DNA of 64,000 nucleotides, taken from Auanema rhodensis. Taxonomy: Eukaryota; Animalia; Nematoda. The notes beneath the pieces are model-generated. The model did no database searches. It saw nothing but the letters and a program-made list of their open reading frames with translations, and was not told the origin of the DNA. The position numbers and the translations under genes are program-made. Location: positions 18,600,001 to 18,664,000 of the forward strand of contig OZ059896.1 of assembly GCA_964057225.1 (NCBI GenBank), in the 5' to 3' direction. Of this stretch, positions 14,801-30,356 are shown one piece after another; position 1 is the first letter of the stretch; each line of letters starts with the position of its first letter.

Positions 14801-17800
14801 ATTATTTCATATTATTATTTTTTCAGACCTAGAATCGATAAAAATATCAACTACATTTTAGTGAGTTACTGGGTTGGGTTATACAAATTGTCTAATTAGA
14901 ATGCGATTTAGATGGCCTTGTGGCCTAATGGATAAGGCGTCGGACTTCGGATCCAAAGATTGTAGGTTCGAGTCCTACCAGGGTCGTTATTTTTTGTTTT
15001 AAAAAAATCATTACCTGATAGTTTACATGTTTTATTCTGTATTATCTCATACAATTGAAAAAATACTAGCAGTAAAACAAATGCAGTGATAATATTCTCG
15101 AAAATGTTCCTATTCAGAGTGAGAAAGTATCAAAAATTTCCCGAAAGTTTTCTCATAAGGTACTAAAATAAAAATATTATTTCATATTATTATTTTTTCA
15201 GACCTAGAATCGATAAAAAATATCAACTACATTTTAGTGAGTTACTGGGTTGGGTTATACAAAATGTCTAATTTGAATGCGATTTACATGGCCTTGTGGC
15301 CTAATGGATAAGGCGTCGGACTTCGGATCCGAAGATTGTAGGTTCGAGTCCTGCCAGGGTCGTTATTTTTTGTTTCAAAAAAATCATTACCTGATAGTTT
15401 ACATGTTTTATTCTGTATTATCTCATACAATTGAAAAAAATACTAGCAGTAAAACAAATGCAGTGATAATATTCTCGAAAATGTTCCTATTCAGAGTGAG
15501 AAAGTATCAAAAATTTCCCGAAAGTTTTCTCATAAGGTACTAAAATAAAAATATTATTTCATATTATAATTTTTTCAGACCTAGAATCGATAAAAAATAT
15601 CAACTACATTTTAGTGAGTTACTGGGTTGGGTTATACAAATTGTCTAATTAGAATGCGATTTACATGGCCTTGTGGCCTAATGGATAAGGCGTCGGACTT
15701 CGGATCCGATGATTGTAGGTTCGAGTCCTGCCAGGGTCGTTATTTTTTGTTTCAAAACAATCATTACCTGATAGTTTACATGTTTTATTCTGTATTATCT
15801 CATACAATTGAAAAAAATACTAGCAGTAAAACAAATGCAGTGATATTATTCTCGAGAATGTTCCTATTCAGAGTGAGAAAATATCAAAAATTTTCCGAAG
15901 GTTTTCTCATAAGGTACTAAAATAAAAGTATTATTTCATATTATTATTTTTTCAGACCTAGAATCGATAAAAAAATCAACTACATTTTAGTGAGTTACTG
16001 GGTTGGGTTATACAAATTGTCTAATTTGAATGCGATTTACATGGCCTTGTGGCCTAATGCATAAGGCGTCGGACTTCGGATCCGAAGATTGTAGGTTCGA
16101 GTCCTGCCAGGGTCGTTATTTTTTGTTTCAAAACAATCAATACCTGATAGTTTACATGTTTTATTCTGTATTATCTCATACAATTGAAAAAAATACTAGC
16201 AATAAAACAAATGCAGTGATAATATTCTCGAAAATGTTTCTATACAGAGTGAGAAAATATCTACAATTTCCCGAAGGTTTTCTCATAAGGTACTAAAATA
16301 AAAGTATTATTTCATATTATTATTTTTTCAGACCTAGAATCGATAAAAAAAATCAACTACATTTTAGTGAGTTACTGGGTTGGGTTATACAAATTGTCTA
16401 ATTTGAATGCGATTTAGATGGCCTTGTGGCCTAATGGATAAGGCGTCGGACTTCGGATCCGAAGATTGTAGGTTCGAGTCCTACCAGGGTCGTTATTTTT
16501 TGTTTTAAAAAAATCATTACCTGATAGTTTACATGTTTTATTCTGTATTATATCATACAATTGAAAAAAATACTAGCAGTAAAACAAATGCAGTGATATT
16601 ATTCTCGAGAATGTTCCTATTCAGAGTGAGAAAATATCAAAAATTTTCCGAAGGTTTTCTCATAAGGTACTAAAATAAAAGTATTATTTCATATTATTAT
16701 TTTTTCAGACCTAGAATCGATAAAAAATATCAACTACATTTTAGTGAGTTACTGGGTTGGGTTATACAAATTGTCTAATTAGAATGCGATTTACATGGCC
16801 TTGTGGCCTAATGGATAAGGCGTCGGACTTCGGATCCGATGATTGTAGGTTCGAGTCCTGCCAGGGTCGTTATTTTTTGTTTCAAAACAATCATTACCTG
16901 ATAGTTTACATGTTTTATTCTGTATTATCTCATACAATTGAAAAAAATACTAGCAGTAAAACAAATGCAGTGATATTATTCTCGAGAATGTTCCTATTCA
17001 GAGTGAGAAAATATCAAAAATTTTCCGAAGGTTTTCTCATAAGGTACTAAAATAAAAGTATTATTTCATATTATTATTTTTTCAGACCTAGAATCGATAA
17101 AAAAATCAACTACATTTTAGTGAGTTACTGGGTTGGGTTATACAAATTGTCTAATTTGAATGCGATTTACATGGCCTTGTGGCCTAATGCATAAGGCGTC
17201 GGACTTCGGATCCGAAGATTGTAGGTTCGAGTCCTGCCAGGGTCGTTATTTTTTGTTTCAAAACAATCAATACCTGATAGTTTACATGTTTTATTCTGTA
17301 TTATCTCATACAATTGAAAAAAATACTAGCAATAAAACAAATGCAGTGATAATATTCTCGAAAATGTTTCTATACAGAGTGAGAAAATATCTACAATTTC
17401 CCGAAGGTTTTCTCATAAGGTACTAAAATAAAAGTATTATTTCATATTATTATTTTTTCAGACCTAGAATCGATAAAAAAAATCAACTACATTTTAGTGA
17501 GTTACTGGGTTGGGTTATACAAATTGTCTAATTTGAATGCGATTTAGATGGCCTTGTGGCCTAATGGATAAGGCGTCGGACTTCGGATCCGAAGATTGTA
17601 GGTTCGAGTCCTACCAGGGTCGTTATTTTTTGTTTTAAAAAAATCATTACCTGATAGTTTACATGTTTTATTCTGTATTATATCATACAATTGAAAAAAA
17701 TACTAGCAGTAAAACAAATGCAGTGATATTATTCTCGAGAATGTTCCTATTCAGAGTGAGAAAATATCAAAAATTTTCCGAAGGTTTTCTCATAAGGTAC

Positions 17801-20800
17801 TAAAATAAAAGTATTATTTCATATTATTATTTTTTCAGACCTAGAATCGATAAAAAAATCAACTACATTTTAGTGAGTTACTGGGTTGGGTTATACAAAT
17901 TGTCTAATTTGAATGCGATTTACATGGCCTTGTGGCCTAATGGATAAGGCGTCGGACTTCGGATCCGAAGATTGTAGGTTCGAGTCCTGCCAGGGTCGTT
18001 ATTTTTTGTTTCAAAAAAATCATTACCTGATAGTTTACATGTTTTATTCTGTATTATCTCATACAATTGAAAAAAATACTAGCAGTAAAACAAATGCAGT
18101 GATAATATTCTCGAAAATGTTCCTATTCAGAGTGAGAAAGTATCAAAAATTTCCCGAAAGTTTTCTCATAAGGTACTAAAATAAAAATATTATTTCATAT
18201 TATTATTTTTTCAGACCTAGAATCGATAAAAAATATCAACTACATTTTAGTGAGTTACTGGGTTGGGTTATACAAATTGTCTAATTAGAATGCGATTTAC
18301 ATGGCCTTGTGGCCTAATGGATAAGGCGTCGGACTTCGGATCCGATGATTGTAGGTTCGAGTCCTGCCAGGGTCGTTATTTTTTGTTTCAAAACAATCAT
18401 TACCTGATAGTTTACATGTTTTATTCTGTATTATCTCATACAATTGAAAAAAATACTAGCAGTAAAACAAATGCAGTGATAATATTCTCGAAAATGTTCC
18501 TATTCAGAGTGAGAAAGTATCAAAAATTTCCCGAAAGTTTTCTCATAAGGTACTAAAATAAAAGTATTATTTCATATTATTATTTTTTCAGACCTAGAAT
18601 CGATAAAAAAAAATCAACTACATTTTAGTGAGTTACTGGGTTGGGTTATACAAATTGTCTAATTAGAATGCGATTTACATGGCCTTGTGGCCTAATGGAT
18701 AAGGCGTCGGACTTCGGATCCGAAGATTGTAGGTTCGAGTCCTGCCAGGGTCGTTATTTTTTGTTTCAAAACAATCAATACCTGATAGTTTACATGTTTT
18801 ATTCTGTATTATCTCATACAATTGAAAAAAATACTAGCAATAAAACAAATGCAGTGATAATATTCTCGAAAATGTTTCTATACAGAGTGAGAAAATATCT
18901 ACAATTTCCCGAAGGTTTTCTCATAAGGTACTAAAATAAAAGTTTTATTTCATATTATTATTTTTTCAGACCTAGAATCGATAAAAAAAATCAACTACAT
19001 TTTAGTGAGTTACTGGGTTGGGTTATACAAATTGTCTAATTTGAATGCGATTTAGATGGCCTTGTGGCCTAATGGATAAGGCGTCGGACTTCGGATCCGA
19101 AGATTGTAGGTTCGAGTCCTACCAGGGTCGTTATTTTTTGTTTTAAAAAAATCATTACCTGATAGTTTACATGTTTTATTCTGTATTATATCATACAATT
19201 GAAAAAAATACTAGCAGTAAAACAAATGCAGTGATATTATTCTCGAGAATGTTCCTATTCAGAGTGAGAAAATATCAAAAATTTTCCGAAGGTTTTCTCA
19301 TAAGGTACTAAAATAAAAGTATTATTTCATATTATTATTTTTTCAGACCTAGAATCGATAAAAAAATCAACTACATTTTAGTGAGTTACTGGGTTGGGTT
19401 ATACAAATTGTCTAATTTGAATGCGATTTACATGGCCTTGTGGCCTAATGGATAAGGCGTCGGACTTCGGATCCGAAGATTGTAGGTTCGAGTCCTGCCA
19501 GGGTCGTTATTTTTTGTTTCAAAAAAATCATTACCTGATAGTTTACATGTTTTATTCTGTATTATCTCATACAATTGAAAAAAATACTAGCAGTAAAACA
19601 AATGCAGTGATAATATTCTCGAAAATGTTCCTATTCAGAGTGAGAAAGTATCAAAAATTTCCCGAAAGTTTTCTCATAAGGTACTAAAATAAAAATATTA
19701 TTTCATATTATTATTTTTTCAGACCTAGAATCGATAAAAAATATCAACTACATTTTAGTGAGTTACTGGGTTGGGTTATACAAATTGTCTAATTAGAATG
19801 CGATTTACATGGCCTTGTGGCCTAATGGATAAGGCGTCGGACTTCGGATCCGATGATTGTAGGTTCGAGTCCTGCCAGGGTCGTTATTTTTTGTTTCAAA
19901 ACAATCATTACCTGATAGTTTACATGTTTTATTCTGTATTATCTCATACAATTGAAAAAAATACTAGCAGTAAAACAAATGCAGTGATAATATTCTCGAA
20001 AATGTTCCTATTCAGAGTGAGAAAGTATCAAAAATTTCCCGAAAGTTTTCTCATAAGGTACTAAAATAAAAGTATTATTTCATATTATTATTTTTTCAGA
20101 CCTAGAATCGATAAAAAAAAATCAACTACATTTTAGTGAGTTACTGGGTTGGGTTATACAAATTGTCTAATTAGAATGCGATTTACATGGCCTTGTGGCC
20201 TAATGGATAAGGCGTCGGACTTCGGATCCGAAGATTGTAGGTTCGAGTCCTGCCAGGGTCGTTATTTTTTGTTTCAAAAAAATCATTACCTGATAGTTTA
20301 CATGTTTTATTCTGTATTATCTCATACAATTGAAAAAAATACTAGCAGTAAAACAAATGCAGTGATAATATTCTCGAAAATGTTCCTATTCAGAGTGAGA
20401 AAGTATCAAAAATTTCCCGAAAGTTTTCTCATAAGGTACTAAAATAAAAGTATTATTTCATATTATTATTTTTTCAGACCTAGAATCGATAAAAAAAAAT
20501 CAACTACATTTTAGTGAGTTACTGGGTTGGGTTATACAAATTGTCTAATTAGAATGCGATTTACATGGCCTTGTGGCCTAATGGATAAGGCGTCGGACTT
20601 CGGATCCGAAGATTGTAGGTTCGAGTCCTGCCAGGGTCGTTATTTTTTGTTTTAAAAAAATCATTACCTGATAGTTTACATTTTTTATGCTGTATTATCT
20701 CATACAATTGAAAAAAATACTAGCAATAAAACAAATGCAGTGATAATATTCTTGAAAATGTTCCTATTCAGAGTGAGAAAATATCTACAATTTCCCGAAG

Positions 20801-23800
20801 GTTTTCTCATAAGGTACTAAAATAAAAGTATTATTTCATATTATTATTTTTTCAGACCTAGAATCGATAAAAATATCAACTACATTTTAGTGAGTTACTG
20901 GGTTGGGTTATACAAATTGTCTAATTAGAATGCGATTTACATGGCCTTGTGGCCTAATGGATAAGGCGTCGGACTTCGGATCCGAAGATTGTAGGTTCGA
21001 GTCCTGCCAGGGTCGTTATTTTTTGTTTCAAAACAATCATTACCTGATAGTTTACATGTTTTATTCTGTATTATCTCATACAATTGAAAAAAATACTAGC
21101 AGTAAAACAAATGCAGTGATATTATTCTCGAGAATGTTCCTATTCAGAGTGAGAAAATATCAAAAATTTTCCGAAGGTTTTCTCATAAGGTACTAAAATA
21201 AAAGTATTATTTCATATTATTATTTTTTCAGACCTAGAATCGATAAAAAAATCAACTACATTTTAGTGAGTTACTGGGTTGGGTTATACAAATTGTCTAA
21301 TTTGAATGCGATTTACATGGCCTTGTGGCCTAATGGATAAGGCGTCGGACTTCGGATCCGAAGATTGTAGGTTCGAGTCCTGCCAGGGTCGTTATTTTTT
21401 GTTTCAAAACAATCAATACCTGATAGTTTACATGTTTTATTCTGTACTATCTCATACAATTGAAAAAAATACTAGCAATAAAACAAATGCAGTGATAATA
21501 TTCTCGAATATGTTCCTATACAGAGTGAGAAAATATCTACAATTTCCCGAAGGTTTTCTCATAAGGTACTAAAATAAAAGTATTATTTCATATTATTATT
21601 TTTTCAGACCTAGAATCGATAAAAAAAATCAACTACATTTTAGTGAGTTACTGGGTTGGGTTATACAAATTGTCTAATTTGAATGCGATTTAGATGGCCT
21701 TGTGGCCTAATGGATGAGGCGTCGGACTTCGGATCCAAAGATTGTAGGTTCGAGTCCTACCAGGGTCGTTATTTTTTGTTTTAAAAAAATCATTACTTGA
21801 TAGTTTACATGTTTTATTCTGTATTATCTCATACAATTGAAAAAAATACTAGCAGTAAAACAAATGCAGTGATAATATTCTCGAAAATGTTCCTATTCAG
21901 AGTGAGAAAGTATCAAAAATTTCCCGAAAGTTTTCTCATAAGTTACTAAAATAAAAATATTATTTCATATTATTATTTTTTCAGACCTAGAATCGATAAA
22001 AAAATCAACTACATTTTAGTGAGTTACTGGGTTGGGTTATACAAATTGTCTAATTTGAATGCGATTCACATGGCCTTGTGGCCTAATGCATAAGGCGTCG
22101 GACTTCGGATCCGAAGATTGTAGGTTCGAGTCCTGCCAGGGTCGTTATTTTTTGTTTCAAAACAATCAATACCTGATAGTTTACATGTTTTATTCTGTAT
22201 TATCTCATACAATTGAAAAAAATACTAGCAATAAAACAAATGCAGTGATAATATTCTCGAAAATGTTTCTATACAGAGTGAGAAAATATCTACAATTTCC
22301 CGAAGGTTTTCTCATAAGGTACTAAAATAAAAGTATTATTTCATATTATTATTTTTTCAGACCTAGAATCGATAAAAAAAATCAACTACATTTTAGTGAG
22401 TTACTGGGTTGGGTTATACAAATTGTCTAATTTGAATGCGATTTAGATGGCCTTGTGGCCTAATGGATAAGGCGTCGGACTTCGGATCCGAAGATTGTAG
22501 GCTCGAGTCCTACCAGGGTCGTTATTTTTTGTTTTAAAAAAATCATTACCTGATAGTTTACATGTTTTATTCTGTATTATATCATACAATTGAAAAAAAT
22601 ACTAGCAGTAAAACAAATGCAGTGATATTATTCTCGAGAATGTTCCTATTCAGAGTGAGAAAATATCAAAAATTTTCCGAAGGTTTTCTCATAAGGTACT
22701 AAAATAAAAGTATTATTTCATATTATTATTTTTTCAGACCTAGAATCGATAAAAAAATCAACTACATTTTAGTGAGTTACTGGGTTGGGTTATACAAATT
22801 GTCTAATTTGAATGCGATTTACATGGCCTTGTGGCCTAATGGATAAGGCGTCGGACTTCGGATCCGAAGATTGTAGGTTCGAGTCCTGCCAGGGTCGTTA
22901 TTTTTTGTTTCAAAAAAATCATTACCTGATAGTTTACATGTTTTATTCTGTATTATCTCATACAATTGAAAAAAATACTAGCAGTAAAACAAATGCAGTG
23001 ATAATATTCTCGAAAATGTTCCTATTCAGAGTGAGAAAGTATCAAAAATTTCCCGAAAGTTTTCTCACAAGGTACTAAAATAAAAATATTATTTCATATT
23101 ATTATTTTTTCAGACCTAGAATCGATAAAAAATATCAACTACATTTTAGTGAGTTACTGGGTTGGGTTATACAAATTGTCTAATTAGAATGCGATTTACA
23201 TGGCCTTGTGGCCTAATGGATAAGGCGTCGGACTTCGGATCCGATGATTGTAGGTTCGAGTCCTGCCAGGGTCGTTATTTTTTGTTTCAAAACAATCATT
23301 ACCTGATAGTTTACATGTTTTATTCTGTATTATCTCATACAATTGAAAAAAATACTAGCAGTAAAACAAATGCAGTGATAATATTCTCGAAAATGTTCCT
23401 ATTCAGAGTGAGAAAGTATCAAAAATTTCCCGAAAGTTTTCTCATAAGGTACTAAAATAAAAGTATTATTTCATATTATTATTTTTTCAGACCTAGAATC
23501 GATAAAAAAAATCAACTACATTTTAGTGAGTTACTGGGTTGGGTTATACAAATTGTCTAATTAGAATGCGATTTACATGGCCTTGTGGCCTAATGGATAA
23601 GGCGTCGGACTTCGGATCCGAAGATTGTAGGTTCGAGTCCTACCAGGGTCGTTATTTTTTGTTTTAAAAAAATCATTACCTGATAGTTTACATGTTTTAT
23701 TCTGTATTATATCATACAATTGAAAAAAATACTAGCAGTAAAACAAATGCAGTGATATTATTCTCGAGAATGTTCCTATTCAGAGTGAGAAAATATCAAA

Positions 23801-25400
23801 AATTTTCCGAAGGTTTTCTCATAAGGTACTAAAATAAAAGTATTATTTCATATTATTATTTTTTCAGACCTAGAATCGATAAAAAAATCAACTACATTTT
23901 AGTGAGTTACTGGGTTGGGTTATACAAATTGTCTAATTTGAATGCGATTTACATGGCCTTGTGGCCTAATGGATAAGGCGTCGGACTTCGGATCCGAAGA
24001 TTGTAGGTTCGAGTCCTGCCAGGGTCGTTATTTTTTGTTTCAAAAAAATCATTACCTGATAGTTTACATGTTTTATTCTGTATTATCTCATACAATTGAA
24101 AAAAATACTAGCAGTAAAACAAATGCAGTGATAATATTCTCGAAAATGTTCCTATTCAGAGTGAGAAAGTATCAAAAATTTCCCGAAAGTTTTCTCATAA
24201 GGTACTAAAATAAAAATATTATTTCATATTATTATTTTTTCAGACCTAGAATCGATAAAAAAAATCAACTACATTTTAGTGAGTTACTAGGTTGGGTTAT
24301 ACAAATTGTCTAATTTGAATGCGATTTACATGGCCTTGTGGCCTAATGGATAAGGCGTCGGACTTCGGATCCGAAGATTGTAGGTTCGAGTCCTGCCAGG
24401 GTCGTTATTTTTTGTTTCAAAAAAATCATTACCTGATAGTTTACATGTTTTATTCTGTATTATCTCATACAATTGAAAAAAATACTAGCAGTAAAACAAA
24501 TGCAGTGATAATATTCTCGAAAATGTTCCTATTCAGAGTGAGAAAGTATCAAAAATTTCCCGAAAGTTTTCTCATAAGGTACTAAAATAAAAGTATTATT
24601 TCATATTATTATTTTTTCAGACCTAGAATCGATAAAAAAAAATCAACTACATTTTAGTGAGTTACTGGGTTGGGTTATACAAATTGTCTAATTAGAATGC
24701 GATTTACATGGCCTTGTCGCCTAATGGATAAGGCGTCGGACTTCGGATCCGAAGATTGTAGGTTCGAGTCCTGCCAGGGTCGTTATTTTTTGTTTTAAAA
24801 AAATCATTACCTGATAGTTTACATTTTTTATGCTGTATTATCTCATACAATTGAAAAAAATACTAGCAATAAAACAAATGCAGTGATAATATTCTCGAAA
24901 ATGTTCCTATTCAGAGTGAGAAAATATCTACAATTTCCCGAAGGTTTTCTCATAAGGTACTAAAATAAAAGTATTATTTCATATTATTATTTTTTCAGAC
25001 CTAGAATCGATAAAAATATCAACTACATTTTAGTGAGTTACTGGGTTGGGTTATACAAATTGTCTAATTAGAATGCGATTTACATGGCCTTGTGGCCTAA
25101 TGGATAAGGCGTCGGACTTCGGATCCGAAGATTGTAGGTTCGAGTCCTGCCAGGGTCGTTATTTTTTGTTTCAAAAAAATCATTACCTGATAGTTTACAT
25201 GTTTTATTCTGTATTATCTCATACAATTGAAAAAAATACTAGCAGTAAAACAAATGCAGTGATAATATTCTCGAAAATGTTCCTATTCAGAGTGAGAAAA
25301 TATCTACAATTTCCCGAAGGTTTTCTCATAAGGTACTAAAATAAAAGTATTATTTCATATTATTATTTTTTCAGACCTAGAATCGATAAAAATATCAACT
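5832..25400 (+). repeat. Higher-order duplication with a 10,925-bp (29-unit) offset, becoming 10,548 bp (28 units) after a one-unit loss
   Basis: Rare variants recur at fixed offsets: 6265/17190 and 11577/22502 (10,925 bp); 14170/24718 (10,548 bp). Boundaries are approximate. Confidence 0.88.
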
Positions 25401-28400
25401 ACATTTTAGTGAGTTACTGGGTTGGGTTATACAAATTGTCTAATTAGAATGCGATTTACATGGCCTTGTGGCCTAATGGATAAGGCGTCGGACTTCGGAT
25501 CCGAAGATTGTAGGTTCGAGTCCTGCCAGGGTCGTTATTTTTTGTTTCAAAACAATCATTACCTGATAGTTTACATGTTTTATTCTGTATTATCTCATAC
25601 AATTGAAAAAAATACTAGCAGTAAAACAAATGCAGTGATATTATTCTCGAGAATGTTCCTATTCAGAGTGAGAAAATATCAAAAATTTTCCGAAGGTTTT
25701 CTCATAAGGTACTAAAATAAAAGTATTATTTCATATTATTATTTTTTCAGACCTAGAATCGATAAAAAAATCAACTACATTTTAGTGAGTTACTGGGTTG
25801 GGTTATACAAATTGTCTAATTTGAATGCGATTTACATGGCCTTGTGGCCTAATGGATAAGGCGTCGGACTTCGGATCCGAAGATTGTAGGTTCGAGTCCT
25901 GCCAGGGTCGTTATTTTTTGTTTCAAAACAATCAATACCTGATAGTTTACATGTTTTATTCTGTACTATCTCATACAATTGAAAAAAATACTAGCAATAA
26001 AACAAATGCAGTGATAATATTCTCGAATATGTTCCTATACAGAGTGAGAAAATATCTACAATTTCCCGAAGGTTTTCTCATAAGGTACTAAAATAAAAGT
26101 ATTATTTCATATTATTATTTTTTCAGACCTAGAATCGATAAAAAAAATCAACTACATTTTAGTGAGTTACTGGGTTGGGTTATACAAATTGTCTAATTTG
26201 AATGCGATTTAGATGGCCTTGTGGCCTAATGGATGAGGCGTCGGACTTCGGATCCAAAGATTGTAGGTTCGAGTCCTACCAGGGTCGTTATTTTTTGTTT
26301 TAAAAAAATCATTACTTGATAGTTTACATGTTTTATTCTGTATTATCTCATACAATTGAAAAAAATACTAGCAGTAAAACAAATGCAGTGATAATATTCT
26401 CGAAAATGTTCCTATTCAGAGTGAGAAAGTATCAAAAATTTCCCGAAAGTTTTCTCATAAGTTACTAAAATAAAAATATTATTTCATATTATTATTTTTT
26501 CAGACCTAGAATCGATAAAAAAATCAACTACATTTTAGTGAGTTACTGGGTTGGGTTATACAAATTGTCTAATTTGAATGCGATTTACATGGCCTTGTGG
26601 CCTAATGGATAAGGCGTCGGACTTCGGATCCGAAGATTGTAGGTTCGAGTCCTACCAGGGTCGTTATTTTTTGTTTTAAAAAAATCATTACCTGATAGTT
26701 TACATGTTTTATTCTGTATTATCTCATACAATTGAAAAAAATACTAGCAGTAAAACAAATGCAGTGATAATATTCTCGAAAATGTTCCTATTCAGAGTGA
26801 GAAAGTATCAAAAATTTCCCGAAAGTTTTTTCATAAGGTACTAAAATAAAAATATTATTTCATATTATTATTTTTTCAGACCTAGAATCGATAAAAAATA
26901 TCAACTACATTTTAGTGAGTTACTGGGTTGGGTTATACAAATTGTCTAATTAGAATGCGATTTACATGGCCTTGTGGCCTAATGGATAAGGCGTCGGACT
27001 TCGGATCCGAAGATTGTAGGTTCGAGTCCTGCCAGGGTCGTTATTTTTTGTTTCAAAACAATCATTGCCTGATAGTTTACATGTTTTATTCTGTATTATC
27101 TCATACAATTGAAAAAAATACTAGCAGTAAAACAAATGCAGTGATAATATTCTCGAAAATGTTCCTATACAGAGTGAGAAAATATCTACAATTTCCCGAA
27201 GGTTTTCTCATAAGGTACTAAAATAAAAGTATTATTTCATATTATTATTTTTTCAGACCTAGAATCGATAAAAAAAATCAACTACATTTTAGTGAGTTAC
27301 TGGGTTGGGTTATACAAATTGTCTAATTTGAGTGCGATTTAGATGGCCTTGTGGCCTAATGGATAAGGCGTCGGACTTCGGATCCAAAGATTGTAGGTTC
27401 GAGTCCTACCAGGGTCGTTATTTTTTGTTTTAAAAAAATCATTACCTGATAGTTTATATGTTTTATTCTGTATTATCTCATACAATTGAAAAAAATACTA
27501 GCAGTAAAACAAATGCAGTGATAATATTCTCGAAAATGTTCCTATTCAGAGTGAGAAAGTATCAAAAATTTCCCGAAAGTTTTCTCATAAGGTACTAAAA
27601 TAAAAATATTATTTCATATTATTATTTTTTCAGACCTAGAATCGATAAAAAAATCAACTACATTTTAGTGAGTTACTGGGTTGGGTTATACAAATTGTCT
27701 AATTTGAATGCGATTTACATGGCCTTGTGGCCTAATGGATAAGGCGTCGGACTTCGGATCCGAAGATTGTAGGTTCGAGTCCTGCCAGGGTCGTTATTTT
27801 TTGTTTCAAAACAATCAATACCTGATAGTTTACATGTTTTATTCTGTATTATCTCATACAATTGAAAAAAATACTAGCAATAAAACAAATGCAGTGATAA
27901 TATTCTCGAATATGTTCCTATACAGAGTGAGAAAATATCTACAATTTCCCGAAGGTTTTCTCATAAGGTACTAAAATAAAAGTATTATTTCATGTTATTA
28001 TTTTTTCAGACCTAGAATCGATAAAAAAAATCAACTACATTTTAGTGAGTTACTGGGTTGGGTTATACAAATTGTCTAATTTGAATGCGATTTAGATGGC
28101 CTTGTGGCCTAATGGATGAGGCGTCGGACTTCGGATCCAAAGATTGTAGGTTCGAGTCCTACCAGGGTCGTTATTTTTTGTTTTAAAAAAATCATTACTT
28201 GATAGTTTACATGTTTTATTCTGTATTATCTCATACAATTGAAAAAAATACTAGCAGTAAAACAAATGCAGTGATAATATTCTCGAAAATGTTCCTATTC
28301 AGAGTGAGAAAGTATCAAAAATTTCCCGAAAGTTTTCTCATAAGTTACTAAAATAAAAATATTATTTCATATTATTATTTTTTCAGACCTAGAATCGATA

Positions 28401-30356
28401 AAAAAATCAACTACATTTTAGTGAGTTACTGGGTTGGGTTATACAAATTGTCTAATTTGAATGCGATTTACATGGCCTTGTGGCCTAATGGATAAGGCGT
28501 CGGACTTCGGATCCGAAGATTGTAGGTTCGAGTCCTACCAGGGTCGTTATTTTTTGTTTTAAAAAAATCATTACCTGATAGTTTACATGTTTTATTCTGT
28601 ATTATCTCATACAATTGAAAAAAATACTAGCAGTAAAACAAATGCAGTGATAATATTCTCGAAAATGTTCCTATTCAGAGTGAGAAAGTATCAAAAATTT
28701 CCCGAAAGTTTTTTCATAAGGTACTAAAATAAAAATATTATTTCATATTATTATTTTTTCAGACCTAGAATCGATAAAAAATATCAACTACATTTTAGTG
28801 AGTTACTGGGTTGGGTTATACAAATTGTCTAATTAGAATGCGATTTACATGGCCTTGTGGCCTAATGGATAAGGCGTCGGACTTCGGATCCGAAGATTGT
28901 AGGTTCGAGTCCTGCCAGGGTCGTTATTTTTTGTTTCAAAACAATCATTGCCTGATAGTTTACATGTTTTATTCTGTATTATCTCATACAATTGAAAAAA
29001 ATACTAGCAGTAAAACAAATGCAGTGATAATATTCTCGAAAATGTTCCTATTCAGAGTGAGAAAGTATCAAAAATTTCCCGAAAGTTTTCTCATAAGGTA
29101 CTAAAATAAAAATATTATTTCATATTATTATTTTTTCAGACCTAGAATCGATAAAAAAATCAACTACATTTTAGTGAGTTACTGGGTTGGGTTATACAAT
29201 TTGTCTAATTTGAATGCGATTTACATGGCCTTGTGGCCTAATGGATAAGGCGTCGGACTTCGGATCCGAAGATTGTAGGTTCGAGTCCTGCCAGGGTCGT
29301 TATTTTTTGTTTCAAAAAAATCATTACCTGATAGTTTACATGTTTTATTCTGTATTATCTCATACAATTGAAAAAAATACTAGCAGTAAAACAAATGCAG
29401 TGATAATATTCTCCAAAATGTTCCTATTCAGAGTGAGAAAGTATCAAAAATTTCCCGAAAGTTTTCTCATAAGGTACTAAAATAAAAATATTATTTCATA
29501 TTATTATTTTTTCAGACCTAGAATCGTTAAAAAATATCAACTACATTTTAGTGAGTTACTGGGTTGGGTTATACAAATTGTCTAATTAGAATGCGATTTA
29601 CATGGCCTTGTGGCCTAATGGATAAGGCGTCGGACTTCGGATCCGATGATTGTAGGTTCGAGTCCTGCCAGGGTCGTTATTTTTTGTTTCAAAACAATCA
29701 TTACCTGATAGCTTACATGTTTTATTCTGTATTATCTCATACAATTGAAAAAAATACTAGCAATAAAACAAATGCAGTGATAATATTCTCGAATATGTTC
29801 CTATACAGAGTGAGAAAATATCTACAATTTCCCGAAGGTTTTCTCATAAGGTACTAAAATAAAAGTATTATTTCATATTATTATTTTTTCAGACCTAGAA
29901 TCGATAAAAAAATCAACTACATTTTAGTGAGTTACTGGGTTGGGTTATACAAATTGTCTAATTTGAATGCGATTTACATGGCCTTGTGGCCTAATGGATA
30001 AGGCGTCGGACTTCGGATCCGAAGATTGTAGGTTCGAGTCCTGCCAGGGTCGTTATTTTTTGTTTCAAAACAATCAATACCTGATAGTTTACATGTTTTA
30101 TTCTGTATTATCTCATACAATTGAAAAAAATACTAGCAATAAAACAAATGCAGTGATAATATTCTCGAATATGTTCCTATACAGAGTGAGAAAATATCTA
30201 CAATTTCCCGAAGGTTTTCTCATAAGGTACTAAAATAAAAGTATTATTTCATATTATTATTTTTTCAGACCTAGAATCGATAAAAAAAATCAACTACATT
30301 TTAGTGAGTTACTGGGTTGGGTTATACAAATTGTCTAATTTGAATGCGATTTAGAT

